Shown: positions 39,237 through 41,770 of the stretch, piece by piece
Position numbering within the stretch: the first letter of the stretch is position 1
Layout of the letters: each line of letters begins with the position of its first letter
From: Candidatus Glassbacteria bacterium
GTDB taxonomy: Bacteria; Gemmatimonadota; Glassbacteria; GWA2-58-10
DNA: 41,770 bases
Direction: 5' to 3'
Assembly: GCA_043805105.1 (NCBI GenBank)
Contig: JAZDIG010000268.1
Coordinates: 1-41,770, forward strand
Notes under the pieces: generated by a model
Told to the model about the DNA's origin: nothing
The model's database searches: none
What the model saw: only the letters and a program-made list of their open reading frames with translations
Program-made: the position numbers and the translations under genes

Positions 39237-40961
39237 TCAGCGCTGGTGTAACAGGCTTATTTTATCCTTGAGGTCTTCCACGTTGTAAGGCTTGGTCACC
39301 ACCCCGCAGAAGCCGTAATCTTCGTAGTTCGAGATCACCGGATCGTTGGAGTAACCGCTGGACACGATCGCTTTCACATCCGGGTCCAGTTCTTTCAACC
39401 GCTGAATGGTCGCCACGCCGCCCATACCGCCGGGGATGGTGAGGTCCAGAATGACGAGGTCGAAAGGCTTGCCGTTTTCCTTGGCGCTCTGGTAAATTTT
39501 AAGCGCATCTTCACCGTTGGCGGCGTATACCACGCTATGGCCGAAATGCGTCAGCATTTTGCCGGCGATATCCCGTACTATTTCTTCATCGTCCACGACC
39601 AGAATTTTCCCGGCCGGCGTTTGTTCCTGCTTCTCGCCATCGACCGGTGACTCAGCCGAATCGGAGATTGAGGGGAGGTAGATGTCGAACCTGGTGCCTT
39701 GGCCTATCTCCGATTCCACGGCGATGTGGCCGCCGTGCTTCTTGACGATGGACCAGGCGGTGGTAACGCCCAAGCCGTTGCTCTTTTCCCGGGTGGTGAA
39801 GAAGGGGTCGAAAATCCTGGGCAGGTCTTCTTTTGATATGCCGTGACCGTGGTCCTGGATACTGATCCGGATGTATTTTCCGGGCTTGAGCGGCAAGGGA
39901 TCGTTTTTCAGGACTGAAACATTGGCTGCCGAACAGTCGATAGTGCCGCCGTCCGGCATGGCCTGGTCGGCGTTTATTATCAGATTGTTGATCACCCGGC
40001 TGATCTGCTCTTCATCGACTTCCGCCTTCCATAGATCTTTGGCGATGTCGAAGTAGCAGCGGACGTTCGATCCGCGCAGGGAAAACCAGGCCGATTCCAT
40101 GATCAGGTCTTTGAGGGAAGTGGTCTTTTTCAGCGGGGTGCCGCCCCTGGCAAAGGTCAGGAGCTGATTGGTAAGGTCCCGAGCCCTGAGGCAGGCGTTT
40201 TCCGCCTCCTTCAACACCCGGTACACTTCTTCGTCCTTGCTGACCAGGGCCTGGCCGAGAGAGATGTTGCCGAGGATGGCGGTGAGGATGTTATTGAAGT
40301 CGTGGGCGATACCACCGGCCAAAACGCCTATCGACTCGAGCTTGCCGGCTTTGCTCTGTTCGTTTTCGAGCTGGCGGTGGGCGGTAACATCGAGGGCGAA
40401 TCCGATAATCCCCTCGATCACTCCCTCCTCGTTCTTGTAAGGGACGGAGTTGACCAGCAGATCCCTGCGGCCCCGGCCCGTATCGACTGTCTCCATGCTG
40501 TTGAGGATCGGTTCGCCGGTAGCGACCGCCTGCCGGCTGTTGCGCAGGAATCCGCTCTGCTGCCCCTTGAAAATTACCTCGTCGGTTTTGCCGATCAGCT
40601 TGCGGATCGGCAGGCCGGCGAATTCGGCAAAGGCCTTGTTGACCCGCACGTACCTGTCGCTGCGGTCTTTATAAAAGATCATCGCCGGGCTGGAATCGAT
40701 CATGGTCTGAAGTTCTTCGCTTTTCTGCTGGAGGATTTTCCTGGTCTGCTCGAGCTGCGAGGTGCGCTGCTTGACAAGATTTTCGAGATTCTTCTGCAGG
40801 TCCATCAACTGGTAATTTTTCTCCTTGAGCTCCTGCAGGATATCGAGATACTTCTGGGTGGTGCCCTCGAATTCCTCCCGGGTCACATCGAAATCATTCT
40901 GCAGGTGTTTCAGCTTGATTTCGAGAGTATGTATTTTCTCATTCGGTTTTTCTTCACTCAT
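39237..40961 (-). CDS. cytoplasmic hybrid sensor histidine kinase (coiled coil - PAS - HisKA - HATPase_c - REC)
   Basis: H-box GGIAHDFNNILTAI, N-box NLIINADQAM, G-boxes DHGHGI and GLGVTT, and receiver KILVVDDEE...DLVILDLTIPGGMGG. Start set at ATG 40961 (ATGA overlap with the HDOD stop); the track start is 40994. Confidence 0.9.
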   Translation of the reverse strand: MSEEKPNEKIHTLEIKLKHLQNDFDVTREEFEGTTQKYLDILQELKEKNYQLMDLQKNLENLVKQRTSQLEQTRKILQQKSEELQTMIDSSPAMIFYKDRSDRYVRVNKAFAEFAGLPIRKLIGKTDEVIFKGQQSGFLRNSRQAVATGEPILNSMETVDTGRGRRDLLVNSVPYKNEEGVIEGIIGFALDVTAHRQLENEQSKAGKLESIGVLAGGIAHDFNNILTAILGNISLGQALVSKDEEVYRVLKEAENACLRARDLTNQLLTFARGGTPLKKTTSLKDLIMESAWFSLRGSNVRCYFDIAKDLWKAEVDEEQISRVINNLIINADQAMPDGGTIDCSAANVSVLKNDPLPLKPGKYIRISIQDHGHGISKEDLPRIFDPFFTTREKSNGLGVTTAWSIVKKHGGHIAVESEIGQGTRFDIYLPSISDSAESPVDGEKQEQTPAGKILVVDDEEIVRDIAGKMLTHFGHSVVYAANGEDALKIYQSAKENGKPFDLVILDLTIPGGMGGVATIQRLKELDPDVKAIVSSGYSNDPVISNYEDYGFCGVVTKPYNVEDLKDKISLLHQR

Positions 40962-41770
40962 TTTGAGAACCAGCCTATCTCTTCGAGTTTCCACAGCTCA
41001 GTCATGACTTCCTCGGTTATTATTTCCACTGCCTTTTCCTTGATCCCGAGTCTGGCGAGCACGCTGTGGTACTGTGGCAAATCCTGATTCGGGGTCCCGA
41101 TGTACCCGATTTTCTGGCGCTGGCAGATGAAATTGGCGAGGTAAACCGTCGCCACGAATTTGAAGCAATTTTCGTCAGCCAGGTCCGGTTTTTCGTGGAA
41201 GGCGAGGGCCTGGATCAGTTCATCGGGGAAACTCCAGCTCTGCGCTATGGCCTTGCCGATTTCCAGATGGTTGATCCTCAGCATTTCTTTTTCAACGTCC
41301 GAAAGATTCCGCTTATTTCGTACCGATTCCTCGAGAATATTTCCGAATACTTCGGGGAAGATCTGGTCTTCGACGATAATGCCGATATCGTGCAGCAGTC
41401 CGGCGGCGTAAATATCATCGCCTCTCTCGCGGAACTCTCTGCGGTAAAACATCTTGCAGAAAAGCGCCACGGCCGAACAGTGCCGCCAGAGCTGGCGCCG
41501 CGAATAACCGTGGCGCACCTCATCGTCCATGAACAGCTCGCAGACCTTCTGAGTCAGGGCCAGGTCCCGGATCGCCTCGAAACCGATACAGACTATTGCT
41601 TCCTGAATGTCGCTGATCGTGCGCGGGTAGCCGTAATAGGCGGAATTGGCCAGTTTGAGCAGGCGCGCGCAGAGTGGAGGGTCCTGGGCGGTGATATCCT
41701 TGAGGTCTTTGGCGCTCGATTTCTCATCTTTGATTATCCGCAGCACTTCGGTCACCACCTGCCGGATCGA
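40958..41770 (-). CDS. HDOD domain protein (5' end runs off the window)
   Basis: ITAQDPPLCARLLKLANSAYYGYP and GLLHDIGIIV are typical of HDOD. The frame stays open to nt 41770. Confidence 0.85.
   Translation of the reverse strand, partial: SIRQVVTEVLRIIKDEKSSAKDLKDITAQDPPLCARLLKLANSAYYGYPRTISDIQEAIVCIGFEAIRDLALTQKVCELFMDDEVRHGYSRRQLWRHCSAVALFCKMFYRREFRERGDDIYAAGLLHDIGIIVEDQIFPEVFGNILEESVRNKRNLSDVEKEMLRINHLEIGKAIAQSWSFPDELIQALAFHEKPDLADENCFKFVATVYLANFICQRQKIGYIGTPNQDLPQYHSVLARLGIKEKAVEIITEEVMTELWKLEEIGWFSK

Overview
High-GC (about 60-65% by eye) bacterial chromosomal window dominated by housekeeping information-processing genes. From nt 1 to about 25.8 kb everything is on the + strand: a CheZ-like acidic protein, then rpsU-mutS2-dnaG-rpoD (the macromolecular-synthesis cluster with mutS2 inserted), two tRNAs, a Zn-ribbon coiled-coil gene with the RNase P RNA gene 8 nt behind it, recJ-rsmD-coaD, and a Bacillus-like rimP-nusA-infB-DUF503-rbfA-truB-ribF-rpsO-pnp-M16 peptidase array. 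These are followed by rsmA, an orphan FliN-like gene and a membrane protein. After a bidirectional terminator the strand flips: mdh, a small hypothetical, lon, yigZ, a low-GC AAA ATPase/nuclease gene and a GT39-TPR glycosyltransferase. The window ends with a tRNA, a secreted alpha/beta hydrolase, a CBM9/DUF5916-like envelope protein, a membrane coiled-coil protein, a hybrid histidine kinase and an HDOD protein. I found no CRISPR array, IS element, integrase, prophage or recognisable defence operon, and no convincing complete novel system. The most unusual observations are: (1) an abrupt switch to AT-rich, foreign-looking codon usage exactly at the C-terminal domain of dnaG; (2) a CheZ-like phosphatase with several internal copies of a CheY-docking-like peptide; (3) rnpB embedded between protein-coding genes with almost no spacer; (4) a sigma54-like promoter in front of the orphan FliN-like gene; (5) a low-GC single-gene island encoding an AAA ATPase with a PD-(D/E)XK-like C-terminus. 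Several canonical TTGACA-N17 promoters and intrinsic terminators are readable by eye. Long antisense ORFs in the track are treated as high-GC shadow ORFs. Phylum cannot be assigned from this window alone.
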